From an uncultured Candidatus Saccharibacteria bacterium (GTDB lineage: Bacteria > Patescibacteriota > UBA1384 > CAJBMM01): a stretch of DNA of 55,079 bases. Position 1 is the first letter of the stretch. Every line of letters starts with the position of its first letter. The stretch spans positions 1 to 55,079 of the forward strand of contig CAZLPY010000001.1 of NCBI GenBank assembly GCA_964561525.1, written 5' to 3'. The translations under genes and the position numbers were made by a program. The notes beneath the pieces are model-generated. The model searched no databases. It had not been told where the DNA came from and worked only from the letters and a program-made list of their open reading frames with translations. Shown one piece after another: positions 18,389 to 27,736 of the stretch.

Positions 18389-19299
18389 GCAATAGTTTCC
18401 TTTAATCCTTGCTCAAAATCGACAATTGGCTGGTATCCGATGAGCTGTTTTGCTTTTGCGATATCGGCTTTTGAATGCATCACATCACCGGCGCGCGAGT
18501 GATCATATTGCGGCTCAATGTTCGTTCCTAGCGCTTGATTGATCATCAGAACCACCCTATTTAAGCTGAAACTGCCACCACAGGCGATGTTGAGCATCTC
18601 CCCCGATACGGCACTCTCGGCCGCTAAGATATTAGCATGCACATTGTTTGCCACATAGGTAAAGTCGCGCGATTGCGTGCCATCACCGTTGATCACCGGG
18701 GACCGCCCATCGAGCATTGCGGTAATAAACTTCGGAATGACCGCCGAATACTGACTGGCGGGGTCTTGATAGGGTCCAAACACATTAAAGTAGCGCAAGC
18801 TTAGCGTGGGTAGCCCATAGGTACTGGCAAAAATACGACAATATTCTTCTGCCGTAAACTTTGTCAACGCGTACGGGGAGAGAGGATGAGCCGGCAGGTC
18901 TTCCTTTTTCCATTCGACTGCGACGTTGCCGTAAGCTGAACTGGAAGAGGCATAGATCGTTTTTTTTACCTCAGCATCTCGGGCTGCTAAGAGTACATTT
19001 AGAGTACCAGTGATGTTCACCGCGTGAGAGGACAGCGGGTCAGCGATTGAACGGGGCACTGAAGGCAACGCTGCCAAATGAAACACGTAATCGACACCGT
19101 GAAAATGCGGCTTGATTCCTTCCAAATCGCGAATGTCTACCTCAATCAGCTTGATATCGTGCTTAATATCTGCCAAATTAGACCTTCTACCGGTAGCGAA
19201 CGTGTCGATTACAGTGACGTTGTAGCCTTTTTTGAGCAAAGCTCTAGTCAGGTGCGATCCAATAAAACCGCCGCCGCCGGTTACTAAGGCCGTTTTCAT
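18370..19299 (-). CDS. NAD-dependent nucleotide-sugar epimerase (TviC/WbpP-like)
   Basis: ALVTGGGGFIGSHL and SPYALTK (YxxxK). It is paired with the TviB-like dehydrogenase, with a 19-nt overlap. Confidence 0.75.
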   Translation of the reverse strand: MKTALVTGGGGFIGSHLTRALLKKGYNVTVIDTFATGRRSNLADIKHDIKLIEVDIRDLEGIKPHFHGVDYVFHLAALPSVPRSIADPLSSHAVNITGTLNVLLAARDAEVKKTIYASSSSAYGNVAVEWKKEDLPAHPLSPYALTKFTAEEYCRIFASTYGLPTLSLRYFNVFGPYQDPASQYSAVIPKFITAMLDGRSPVINGDGTQSRDFTYVANNVHANILAAESAVSGEMLNIACGGSFSLNRVVLMINQALGTNIEPQYDHSRAGDVMHSKADIAKAKQLIGYQPIVDFEQGLKETIAWYKNQ

Positions 19300-19454
19300 T
19301 GCTGCAGCTCCAGCCTCGCTTCTCGCAGATAGCTCGCAGCGAATTGGTTGCTCTGGAGAGCAACGCTGTTCGCAAGCGCACTGTAGTTACTCACTTTGTT
19401 CGCAACAATACTCCCGAAGGTCGTTAGTTGTTCGCTTGGGGTCACAACCATCAT
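19296..19454 (-). CDS. unannotated 52-aa ORF, translationally coupled at both ends
   Basis: My translation is MMVVTPSEQLTTFGSIVANKVSNYSALANSVALQSNQFAASYLREARLELQQ. Its ATG overlaps the TGA of the DUF2304 gene (ATGA), and its TGA overlaps the ATG of the epimerase gene (ATGA). It is below the ORF-track cutoff. Confidence 0.5.
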   Translation of the reverse strand: MMVVTPSEQLTTFGSIVANKVSNYSALANSVALQSNQFAASYLREARLELQQ

Positions 19455-19807
19455 CGCTTCACTTTCTGCTTATCCCGACTCGCCGCATGCTCGCGGAGGG
19501 CAAGATCTGACGTTAAATCATTTAAATCACGTTCTAGGCGTTCAGCCTTCAAATAAATGCGATACGAGAGAAATAGTAAAAACACAATAGCCACCCCGAT
19601 GACCGTACCAACTCCGGCTTGCGGCCCTAAGATATTAATACGCAACCAGTCGGCGATGCGCGGGAAATAGGCAAATACTAACACTGAGCTCCACACCGCC
19701 AACCAAAACAAAAAAACCGGCCATGGCTCGCGACGACGGCGATATTCATCATACGATTTTATCAGCACAAATAATGAAAATAGCGTGACAATGACTTTGA
19801 CTAACAT
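19451..19807 (-). CDS. DUF2304-family small membrane protein
   Basis: 118 aa with 3-4 TM helices plus a charged C-terminal helix. It shows the typical pairing directly downstream of a DPM1-like GT2. Confidence 0.6.
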   Translation of the reverse strand: MLVKVIVTLFSLFVLIKSYDEYRRRREPWPVFLFWLAVWSSVLVFAYFPRIADWLRINILGPQAGVGTVIGVAIVFLLFLSYRIYLKAERLERDLNDLTSDLALREHAASRDKQKVKR

Positions 19808-19811
19808 AACG

Positions 19812-20495
19812 TTACCTAGTAATGGCTCTGACCGTCAGCCGAATAATAATGTTGAGGCCGTTTGTAATACTCTGGCCTTTTTTGCGCGAATACGCGGTGT
19901 AGATAGTATCTACCGGCACCTCAACCAGCCTCAGATGAGCACGTCGAATTGCACCTAAAATTTCGCTGCAAATTTCGTAGCCACTCGACGAAAGGCGCAT
20001 GCGCTGAAGCGCGGCCTGATTATAAGCCCGAAACCCAGATTGCGAATCAGTGGTCGCCGCTCCGCCATACAATCGAGTGATCGAATTCATCAGCTTGTTA
20101 CCAAAAATTTTTAGTAATGGCATGCCCGATGCGTTGACCAGGCGTGTCCCAATCACTACATCACTTTCCCCGGCCAAAATCGGCGCGATCACGGCGGGTA
20201 AATCAGCTGGATTGTGTTGGCCATCGCTGTCAATCGTAACCGCAATATCAGCGCGCAACTTTTTAGCCTGTTGAATGCCGGTTTTGGTGGCGACGCCAAC
20301 ACCCCGATTCATACGATGCCGCACCACCATCGCCCCATGCTGCTCCGCCACTTCGGCAGTGTTATCGGTCGATCCGTCATCGATCACCAACGTCATCACT
20401 CTGTCTATTCCAAGGATGCTCGTTGGCACAGCATCGAGCACAGACCCAATAATGGATGCCTCGTTAAAGGCTGGTAAGATAATGGCTAATTTCAT
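19812..20495 (-). CDS. GT2 polyprenol-phosphate glycosyltransferase (DPM1/GtrB-like)
   Basis: AIILPAFNEA, VIDDGSTDNT and TIDSDGQHNP motifs. Confidence 0.8.
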   Translation of the reverse strand: MKLAIILPAFNEASIIGSVLDAVPTSILGIDRVMTLVIDDGSTDNTAEVAEQHGAMVVRHRMNRGVGVATKTGIQQAKKLRADIAVTIDSDGQHNPADLPAVIAPILAGESDVVIGTRLVNASGMPLLKIFGNKLMNSITRLYGGAATTDSQSGFRAYNQAALQRMRLSSSGYEICSEILGAIRRAHLRLVEVPVDTIYTAYSRKKGQSITNGLNIIIRLTVRAITR

Positions 20496-20736
20496 TGGTA
20501 CAGTACGTTCACAAATAGCTGATCATGTGATGATCAGTGCTTACTTCTAGTTATAGATCGAATTATACCAAAACGCAAGTTGCAAATATGGTTTGGTTAA
20601 TTGTCGAGTATCAGCACCCTGCTATGTACTATGTGATAGGCAGAGACATCTATGTTACTTCAGTCTATTGAATCTTCAGTTCATCAGTGGCACAATCGGG
20701 ACGACGTTACGATCTTTTACAATCGAGGGTAGATTC

Positions 20737-22080
20737 ATGACCAATACGATCACGCGACGGCAGTTTATGCACGACGGCGCAACCTACTTGGTGGCGAACT
20801 ACGGCGTGCGTACGGAAGATCAATCCGAACGACGAATGGCTTTGATTCATCTCGCCGGTACAGGATCGACTACACAATTCCCGACTTCCGGTCGAGTATG
20901 CCTGTTTATTCACGGTATGAATAACCCGGTTGAGCAAATGACGCTGCCCGCGGAACTGGCTGTAGATCATGGACTGTGCGAGAGCGCCTACGGCGTGATG
21001 TACCCGTGGTGGAAACAGGTTGAACAAAACGGGCGGGACTTGCGCACATTGCTTCGTCGCATCCCTGCAACTCAAAAATTGATCGTGGTGGCGCATTCGC
21101 TTGGCGGAGTAGTGGCACGATACGCTATCGAACAAGACGATTCAGACACAGACAACGTGTCCAGTCGCATCGCAACCTTGGTGCTGCTTGGGGTACCCAA
21201 TCAAGGTACTAAAATTGCTCGCGTATCAAAGCTCTGGCAGGCCATCCTTGGCCAGACCGACTATCGCTTGATACTCCCACTTGCGCGGCAACTTGATCCT
21301 GATTCGCCGGAAGGCAAAGCATTGTTTGGGCAATTGAACGGCAGGGTAGTCAATCGATTGTGTCGCTATCCCATCTTTGCGTTTGCTGGCAAAAACAGTA
21401 TCAGCTGGGAACTCGGGCTCGGTGGCAATTTGGCGGTCAATAACTATCCTGGCAAGGATTGCGACGGCTTAGTAAGCGCGGAGAGTGCTTTGTCCGTACC
21501 GAGCGACGCCAACTTCGGTCGTCAATCCTGCGGCCAATCAAACGTCCTTGCAGCAAACCACAGCGAGCTCATACAAAAACCTAATATCGTCGCCCAGTGG
21601 TTGGCAATGGTGCAGCATGATCAATCAAAAGCCGGCCCCATAATGACCATCAGTCCGGAGCCCTTACGTGATGGTGAGCCAGCGCTCGGATGGCGCTACG
21701 AAGTGCACTTCGCTAATCACGCGCATTATGCCTGCACGATCACCGAATGGGGGATGCGCACTTTCGACCGCAGCGGTAATGAGCTGATGCGGCAGTGGCA
21801 CAACAACGCTACTGATCAAAAACAGATATTCCCGCAGGACCGTACTGGCTGCCATTACGTTGTGCCGGCGCATGGGGCGATGCAAGTGCCGTTTTTCGCC
21901 CTATACGACCGACAGCGTCACAATTACTCTGCCGCTCCCAGTCAACTGCGCGCAAAGACGGTCGAGATGTATTGTGCTGGCAGATTGGCAAACGGGATTA
22001 CAGTCGAATCGCGCATTGCCTTTACGCTGACCGATCCTGCCGATCCGCGTCTCACCCCACCCCGTAATGCACACGTTTGA
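20737..22080 (+). CDS. alpha/beta hydrolase (PGAP1/lipase-like) with a C-terminal domain of unknown function
   Basis: FIHGMNNP and the VVAHSLGGVVARY nucleophile elbow (GxSxG-type). I set the start at the ATG at 20737, after GAGGG. The ORF-track extension from 20593 is unlikely to be coding. Confidence 0.65.
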   Translation: MTNTITRRQFMHDGATYLVANYGVRTEDQSERRMALIHLAGTGSTTQFPTSGRVCLFIHGMNNPVEQMTLPAELAVDHGLCESAYGVMYPWWKQVEQNGRDLRTLLRRIPATQKLIVVAHSLGGVVARYAIEQDDSDTDNVSSRIATLVLLGVPNQGTKIARVSKLWQAILGQTDYRLILPLARQLDPDSPEGKALFGQLNGRVVNRLCRYPIFAFAGKNSISWELGLGGNLAVNNYPGKDCDGLVSAESALSVPSDANFGRQSCGQSNVLAANHSELIQKPNIVAQWLAMVQHDQSKAGPIMTISPEPLRDGEPALGWRYEVHFANHAHYACTITEWGMRTFDRSGNELMRQWHNNATDQKQIFPQDRTGCHYVVPAHGAMQVPFFALYDRQRHNYSAAPSQLRAKTVEMYCAGRLANGITVESRIAFTLTDPADPRLTPPRNAHV

Positions 22081-22161
22081 AATCAAATGGTCCTTATCAA
22101 CACTTGATGCGGACCTATTTTTGTGGACGAGGAAGGTATTTTATGTTATGATTTTATTCAT

Positions 22162-22251
22162 GGAGAGGTGTCCGAGTGGTTTATGGAGCCAGTCTTGAAA
22201 ACTGGAGTGCCTGAAAGGGTACCGTGAGTTCGAATCTCACCCTCTCCGCCA
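22162..22251 (+). tRNA. tRNA-Ser (anticodon UGA), CCA encoded
   Basis: Hand-folded. Acceptor GGAGAGG/CCTCTCC, anticodon stem CCAGT/ACTGG with loop CTTGAAA, a long variable arm, and T arm GTGAG-TTCGAAT-CTCAC. Confidence 0.9.
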
Positions 22252-22344
22252 GCTATAATCTATTCTTGTTAAGAGAAGCCTGCCTGTTTTTAAATAGTTA
22301 GACTTTCCTTAACAAATCATCACTTGCATGAAAGTGAGGCTGTC

Positions 22345-22614
22345 ATGAGTCGGATCAATGTACTGAATACCAACGTTGAGCACGGTGATAACGAAGTATT
22401 GATCGCCATTCGAACCGATGGCATGCCGATATCGCAGTATGATTTCGAGCGTTGTTGGCGGCATGATGGTGTCATCTTCAATGCCCTGCTCGAGGCAGCT
22501 TACATCTCCGCCGATGGAACAGCACTAGTCTGGTTCCGTCAGAACATGGTGAAACCTTTTCGCGACCCTAAGAAAAACTGGATAAGCATATTCCACTACG
22601 TCCGGCTAGATTAA
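22345..22614 (+). CDS. hypothetical protein (89 aa)
   Basis: The ATG at 22345 lies 5 nt after GTGAGG. The ORF is followed by a terminator at 22633..22666. I recognised no family. Confidence 0.5.
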   Translation: MSRINVLNTNVEHGDNEVLIAIRTDGMPISQYDFERCWRHDGVIFNALLEAAYISADGTALVWFRQNMVKPFRDPKKNWISIFHYVRLD

Positions 22615-22632
22615 CTCGTTTCGTGAGACTTC

Positions 22633-22666
22633 AAGGCCTATTGCAACTCTGCTCTAGGCCTTTTCA
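22633..22666 (+). terminator. rho-independent terminator
   Basis: AAGGCCTA pairs with TAGGCCTT, followed by a T-run. Confidence 0.6.
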
Positions 22667-22746
22667 ATTGTTTTCTTGTTGAGCTCGCGGCTAAGGTGTA
22701 ACTAAGGACGGTTGAGATTGTCCTAGCAATAATTAACAGGAGACCG

Positions 22747-23757
22747 GTGATGACTCATGCCTTAATTGGCACCATAGATATTGGTGCTAACAAGAGCCTG
22801 TTTGGCTCTGCGATGAGGCATGAGGGACAGTGGTCCGTTATGCATACTCATGAGCAGAGCACCGAGGAGCTGCAGGGGGCGCTCGATCTGATGCGAATCA
22901 TCAATGAGCAGGTCTGCGAAGCTCAGATCCGTGCGGGACGGCGTTTTGATCTGCTAAGCATTTCTACCGCTGGCGTGCTCGATCTTGAGCGCGGAATGAT
23001 CCTGCACGCTGATCGGCTCGGATTGCACAATGTGCCGCTGCGTCAGCTTGTTAAGGATGCTTTCGGCGTCCCTACCGTCATCGGGAAGGACGGCGACATG
23101 GCTATCCTTGGCGAAGCCCGTTTCGGAGTTGGTCGCGGCACATCCAATTTTATGCGCTTGACCGTCGGATCAGGTATCGGCTTTGGTCTCATCCAAAACG
23201 GACATCTGATCCAAGGCGTAGAAATTGGCTGTCTACAGGTGACCGATCGTTCCTACATTCCGTGCAGCCGCTGCGGCAAGCATAACTGTTTGCGCATGAT
23301 TGCACCCGGCAATGCGATTGAAGGAGCAGTCGTTCATTTCATCGAACAAAAGCAGCCGAGTACGCTGCGACGCCAATTCGATCTCGGCATTCCCTTAAAG
23401 GTGCCATTGATCGGAAGTGCGGCTGCACGCGGTGACGCGCTTGCGCGATCACTTATTAATGCCTCAACTCGAGCCATTGGTGAAGCGATTCACCAGCTTC
23501 AGCGCGCATACCACATCGAGATGTGCGTGATAGGCGGAGGCGTTGCCAATCTCGGACCGATGTTTATCGATCCCATACGGGCATATGTGCCGCAAGTCAG
23601 AATCACCGAATCTGACCTAAACGGCCACGCGGGCTTGTATGGGGCGATCGAAAACGCCACCACTCATCATCCTGATCTTTTGCTGGCAGATCAGACTCGC
23701 TTGACGCATGTGCCAGAAATCTTCCAGCCAGCTTTCGCTGGTTCCGCTGTCGGGTAG
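22747..23757 (+). CDS. ROK-family sugar kinase/regulator-like protein
   Basis: IGTIDIGANK, DGDMAILGEARFG and a Cys cluster PCSRCGKHNCL. The real start is probably the ATG at 22750, 7 nt after AGGAG. Confidence 0.7.
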   Translation: MMTHALIGTIDIGANKSLFGSAMRHEGQWSVMHTHEQSTEELQGALDLMRIINEQVCEAQIRAGRRFDLLSISTAGVLDLERGMILHADRLGLHNVPLRQLVKDAFGVPTVIGKDGDMAILGEARFGVGRGTSNFMRLTVGSGIGFGLIQNGHLIQGVEIGCLQVTDRSYIPCSRCGKHNCLRMIAPGNAIEGAVVHFIEQKQPSTLRRQFDLGIPLKVPLIGSAAARGDALARSLINASTRAIGEAIHQLQRAYHIEMCVIGGGVANLGPMFIDPIRAYVPQVRITESDLNGHAGLYGAIENATTHHPDLLLADQTRLTHVPEIFQPAFAGSAVG

Positions 23758-23816
23758 ACGAATCCATGATTTGTCTACCCTATTTTTCTATTTATTTCTG
23801 AGCTGACATCTTTGAT

Positions 23817-23874
23817 GTCATCCTGAATTTAGTTCAGGATCCCACTAAAATTCCGAAACAAGTCCGAAATGACA
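23817..23874. repeat. 58-nt palindromic (REP/MITE-like) intergenic element, copy 2
   Basis: Sequence gtcatcctgaatttagttcaggatcccactaaaattccgaaacaagtccgaaatgaca. It is collinear with 2988..3045 and has TGTCAT/ATGACA terminal inverted repeats. Confidence 0.6.
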
Positions 23875-23927
23875 GTTTTGTAAATTTACAACTAGGCAAC
23901 TGTCACTAAATTTGATATTATTACACC

Positions 23928-25583
23928 ATGATTCACCGCCTTAAGACAAATACCGAAACTCTACAGCAACATTTTCCTGACACCTACCGTCAGTTTTTTG
24001 CGATCTCCCAGCGGGTTGCCTCCGCTTCGCACTCCTTCCTTTGGGCGGGCGATTTTGCTGGCTTTTACGGCGGCCTGATGATGACACAAAAACTGCCCTT
24101 CCGAGCTTACACCGGCTTTGAAACCACCTTTGATCATGCTATCTCGATCGCACCTGAATACACTACGTTTGAGCCGGCGGAGCAGCAATTTGTACAGCGT
24201 CCGCTCGACAGTGACCTTAAAAAAAACTTGCAACAGTATCTGCAAAAGCACTTTTTGCAGCATCCGCATTTTACCGGCATAACGGTACACATCTTGACCG
24301 AAATGCCACTTGGTCATAGCTTGGGCGCGAACGGCGCCATCGCGGCTAGCCTGGCACGGCTACTTCACGATAGTGATGACGTTGATGTCATATTTAAAAC
24401 AGCCCGAAATATCTTGTCCGCCAGTCAATCTGGCCATTCTTCCGGCGTCTCCGCCTACGCGGCACTGGCTAATAGCACGACACCGATTGTATTTCATGCA
24501 GGAGACGGACAACCCTACGCTAAGTCAATTGATCAACTAATCAAACTGGAAAAATCTGCGGCCTGGCCAATTGATTTTGGCCTGATCTACACCGGATCTG
24601 AGACGAACGCGGAGAGCGTGGTACTGGCCAATGATCACGCTATCGCTGAGCTTGATACGGCAGCTGGTGAACTCAATGATTTACTACATAACCATACCAA
24701 TCTCGATTTCAAAACTACCTACATTAACATGCTCAACATGACTAGTGGTCTGCTCGTCACCGCCTTGTCCGATTTGTTCAAAAAAGGGGTCAGTAATGCC
24801 CGGCTTGATAGCCTGTTTAGCACCATGAATCAGTATCAAAACCTGTTACACATTCTGGAGGTCTCAAACTCCACTACCGATTTGTTGTATGGCCGCATTC
24901 ATCAACTCGCTAACAAGCAGGTGAATGACGTTGGCTCAGGCGCCAAGATATCCGGCATCGGGAAAGGCGGAGCCCTGCTGTTTGCCCTACCCTACGCTAC
25001 CCATCGCGCTGATTTGATTGCGTTGATCGAACAAGTGCGCACCACAACCGGTAAATCAGTCTGGCTCGATTACGCCTCATGGATCGATGGAGTGGAGACA
25101 AAAGGGGCTGTTTTGGAACAAGATATCGCAAAAGGTATTTACTCCTCATTCATCGGGCGTGACGTGCGAAACGTTACGGTTCTCCGTCAAGGGACCCAAA
25201 GCGATCAGGTGTTGACCAACGAGCACTTTGCCGAATTTGCGCCGACTATTGATCTACTACTCGACAAAACCACCAGCAAAATCTCTATCGCTGGCACCAC
25301 CGTCACTAGCAAAGAATTGCCCAGTCAAAAAGCGACAGTGGCGATTGTGGCTGATTTGATTATGGCTCCCAATTTTACTCTCACCAACGATCAGCTACCA
25401 GGCACCTACGGCACCAATCGCTACGACCTGCACGGTAAAATCGTTTTGCCACTCATTAAACAGGTGAAAGAGTTGACGGGCCGCGATTTGCAACTAAGCA
25501 TTCAGGGCAATATGTACGACCATTACACCCTTTCACTCAATCCCTCCAATATTGTCATTGGCGTGGTTGAACAAAAAGTGTGA
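23928..25583 (+). CDS. GHMP-kinase-like protein fused to a C-terminal domain resembling an OmpR/PhoB-type winged helix
   Basis: GHMP motif II-like MPLGHSLGANGAIAASLARLL and motif III-like KISGIGKGGALLFALP. The last ~150 aa show a Trans_reg_C-like pattern (KISIAGTTVTSKELPSQKATVAIVADLI ... RYDLHGKIVLPLIKQVKEL). Confidence 0.5.
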   Translation: MIHRLKTNTETLQQHFPDTYRQFFAISQRVASASHSFLWAGDFAGFYGGLMMTQKLPFRAYTGFETTFDHAISIAPEYTTFEPAEQQFVQRPLDSDLKKNLQQYLQKHFLQHPHFTGITVHILTEMPLGHSLGANGAIAASLARLLHDSDDVDVIFKTARNILSASQSGHSSGVSAYAALANSTTPIVFHAGDGQPYAKSIDQLIKLEKSAAWPIDFGLIYTGSETNAESVVLANDHAIAELDTAAGELNDLLHNHTNLDFKTTYINMLNMTSGLLVTALSDLFKKGVSNARLDSLFSTMNQYQNLLHILEVSNSTTDLLYGRIHQLANKQVNDVGSGAKISGIGKGGALLFALPYATHRADLIALIEQVRTTTGKSVWLDYASWIDGVETKGAVLEQDIAKGIYSSFIGRDVRNVTVLRQGTQSDQVLTNEHFAEFAPTIDLLLDKTTSKISIAGTTVTSKELPSQKATVAIVADLIMAPNFTLTNDQLPGTYGTNRYDLHGKIVLPLIKQVKELTGRDLQLSIQGNMYDHYTLSLNPSNIVIGVVEQKV

Positions 25584-25864
25584 AAGCTGCCACGCGATGC
25601 TAGTGATCCTCGCTCGGCTAGCTCTGGCACCTTTCATGCTCATTGTCCAACTCTTAGGCAGAGATTGGACTACTTGCGCTGAAAAGGATGCCTCGAGCGT
25701 GCGAGCGTCGGAGTCACCACGCAATTTCTTCCATTTTTTTCTTAATCATCCTGATCTAAACTCATCTCAAGCAAGTGCCGATAAGCACATGGCGTTTGCT
25801 TGCACATCCTTTCCCAAGGCCCTAGGCCTTGTTAAATATAGTCTCTCGCATCATGGAGGACGTT

Positions 25865-26044
25865 ATGGAAAACGAAGGGAACAACGTGAAAACACTGATC
25901 AACGTCTCGCCTCATGATCCGCCATTTTATTATAGTGGCGACATCGATGATGTAGGCGGGGCATACGAAGCTGTTCGTGAGAAAGGGTCGTGGCTGATCA
26001 CGCCAACTCGACAGCCATCTACCCAACCGGCCGTGGCGTCCTAA
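25865..26044 (+). CDS. possible small protein (59 aa)
   Basis: ATG lies 6 nt after GGAGGA. Translation: MENEGNNVKTLINVSPHDPPFYYSGDIDDVGGAYEAVREKGSWLITPTRQPSTQPAVAS. A strong terminator lies about 70 nt downstream. Confidence 0.35.
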   Translation: MENEGNNVKTLINVSPHDPPFYYSGDIDDVGGAYEAVREKGSWLITPTRQPSTQPAVAS

Positions 26045-26115
26045 CAGACGTCTTCCCGCCTTTGAACGCAGCCGCAACTCGTTGCATCTGGCCACGCAGC
26101 GCCTGCGACTGCAAC

Positions 26116-26160
26116 CCCCTCAGTAACAAACTAACCCGTTGCTGAGGGGTTTTTATTTAT
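26116..26160 (+). terminator. rho-independent terminator
   Basis: CCCCTCAGTAAC pairs with GTTGCTGAGGGG (11 of 12), followed by TTTTTATTTAT. Confidence 0.7.
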
Positions 26161-26189
26161 CTGTCTGAACCTGTTACAATCACAACCGT

Positions 26190-26858
26190 ATGAATCTCAA
26201 AGCTATTATATTCGACCTTGATGCCACCCTTATCACCACCGATGACGTGAGCTATCAAGCCATCCGCAGTTACCTACAGGAAAAACATGCGCATGAAATT
26301 GAGCCACAGCACTACGGCCACACTATCGGCCACTCAAATGAGGATTTTATTCGAGTACTGCAGGAAAAGACCGGTCTTGCCGTGAATGGTTCAGAGATGA
26401 TTCCAGAGATTCGGGCACGGGCTGATTATGCCCAGATGAAATTAAAACCCGGCGCCCGAGAGCTGTTAGATTTTTTGCATCATCATAAGCTCAAAATCGC
26501 CCTCGCCACCACTACTTCACGTGCTCGCTTTGAAGCAAAGACAGGGCATTTAGATATTGCGCGCTATTTTGATGTGGTGGTGACCGGTGATGATGTTACA
26601 AAATTAAAACCGGATCCTGAGCTGTACCTCACTGCACTAAAAAAATTAGATCTCACCACCAAGCAGTGTGTGATCGTGGAAGATAACGAATCAGGGGTTC
26701 AAGCCGGTCAAGCGGCCGGCTGCACCGTGTTGTTTGTGCCAAATAGCTACGCGGCTGATGCTGATGAGACCACTGCAAAATATCAAGTCGAACGCTTCCA
26801 TACTCTCGCTGATATCATTACATATCTAAGACCTCAGCTCCCAAATTCTAAATTCTAG
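26190..26858 (+). CDS. HAD-family hydrolase (beta-phosphoglucomutase/phosphatase-like)
   Basis: IIFDLDATLITTD (DxDxT), ALATTTS, KLKPDPELY and VIVEDNESGVQAGQAAG. Confidence 0.8.
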   Translation: MNLKAIIFDLDATLITTDDVSYQAIRSYLQEKHAHEIEPQHYGHTIGHSNEDFIRVLQEKTGLAVNGSEMIPEIRARADYAQMKLKPGARELLDFLHHHKLKIALATTTSRARFEAKTGHLDIARYFDVVVTGDDVTKLKPDPELYLTALKKLDLTTKQCVIVEDNESGVQAGQAAGCTVLFVPNSYAADADETTAKYQVERFHTLADIITYLRPQLPNSKF

Positions 26859-26885
26859 CCCTGTGGTGAGCTTGTCGAATCCATC

Positions 26886-27428
26886 CTACATTCCAACGAT
26901 GCGCGAAATGCGATCTGACAATGTTTCTTCCGCTGTTTCCTGAGGCAATACTTCACCAAGCAGCTCCTCGACGTCAGCTGGCGCAACATCCTCAATAATG
27001 ATCGATTGAGGCAAGCCGAATCGCCTGGTAGACCACAACCGCAAGATGTGGTGATTGTCAAAATCGAGCACTCCAAACGATTTAAACTGCTCAAACGGCA
27101 CAACCTCGCCATCAATAATGATACCCTGTTCATGGATACCAAAGGTGCCTTGCGTTGGCTTGATGAAGCTGCGGCGAAGTAACCCAAGCGTGGCCAGCAC
27201 CAGCACCGGAATAACCAACCATAGTGATACTTCAAGATAATTGCGCAGTACTACTGCCACGATGATGGCGGCTCCGCCAATCATCACCACACTAGAAATC
27301 CAACGGCTATCTTGGGGTGCCGCGATAAACTTATCTGCTTGCCACACAATCGCCGCTTCCGTTAGATCCGCACTGTCGTCAGATTTATGAGGTTTGATTG
27401 ATTGTTTTTTCGTCGGTACTTGCGCCAT
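26886..27428 (-). CDS. membrane protein with a cytoplasmic PH-like C-terminal domain (hypothetical)
   Basis: Two TM helices (ISSVVMIGGAAIIVAVV and LWLVIPVLVLATLGLL). I set the start at the ATG at 27428 (MAQVPTKK). Confidence 0.55.
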   Translation of the reverse strand: MAQVPTKKQSIKPHKSDDSADLTEAAIVWQADKFIAAPQDSRWISSVVMIGGAAIIVAVVLRNYLEVSLWLVIPVLVLATLGLLRRSFIKPTQGTFGIHEQGIIIDGEVVPFEQFKSFGVLDFDNHHILRLWSTRRFGLPQSIIIEDVAPADVEELLGEVLPQETAEETLSDRISRIVGM

Positions 27429-27490
27429 GATATCTTCATTGCATACCAAAAAGCCTAAAAAATCAAATTATTACCACATATTCAGCTGAT

Positions 27491-27530
27491 CAAAAATCAA
27501 AAAAGACTCTGTCAATAAGAGTCTTTCTTT
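27491..27530 (-). terminator. rho-independent terminator; the ancestral terminator of the tRNA-Ser/tRNA-Arg unit
   Basis: AAGACTCT pairs with AGAGTCTT. On the minus strand it is followed by TTTTTGATTTTTG. It lies about 10 nt beyond the E1 left junction. Confidence 0.65.
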
Positions 27531-27539
27531 ACAAAATAC

Positions 27540-27547
27540 TGGTATGC
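27540..27547. repeat. E1 left junction core (attL): copy of the last 8 nt of tRNA-Arg
   Basis: tggtatgc is identical to 32404..32411, the reverse complement of the tRNA-Arg 3' end GCATACCA. Confidence 0.55.
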
Positions 27548-27736
27548 GAACCACCCGATTTATGGAACCAAATTGCGCTTGAACTCAGAGAGCTATCTCA
27601 AATCTTCGGCTTTGAGAATAGTCGCTTACTCGAACACGCTTATAGTTAATTACGAGGCTGTAATGGAACAAGGGCAGGCTCAACTGCATATTAATACCGA
27701 TGAGCTTAGCAGCCCTTATTGATACTTTTAACGAGA

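Noticed and set aside
20737-20800. Possible twin-arginine (Tat) signal, TRRQFMHDG, at the hydrolase N-terminus
   Set aside because: RRxF is present, but no hydrophobic h-region or AxA cleavage site follows. The evidence is insufficient.
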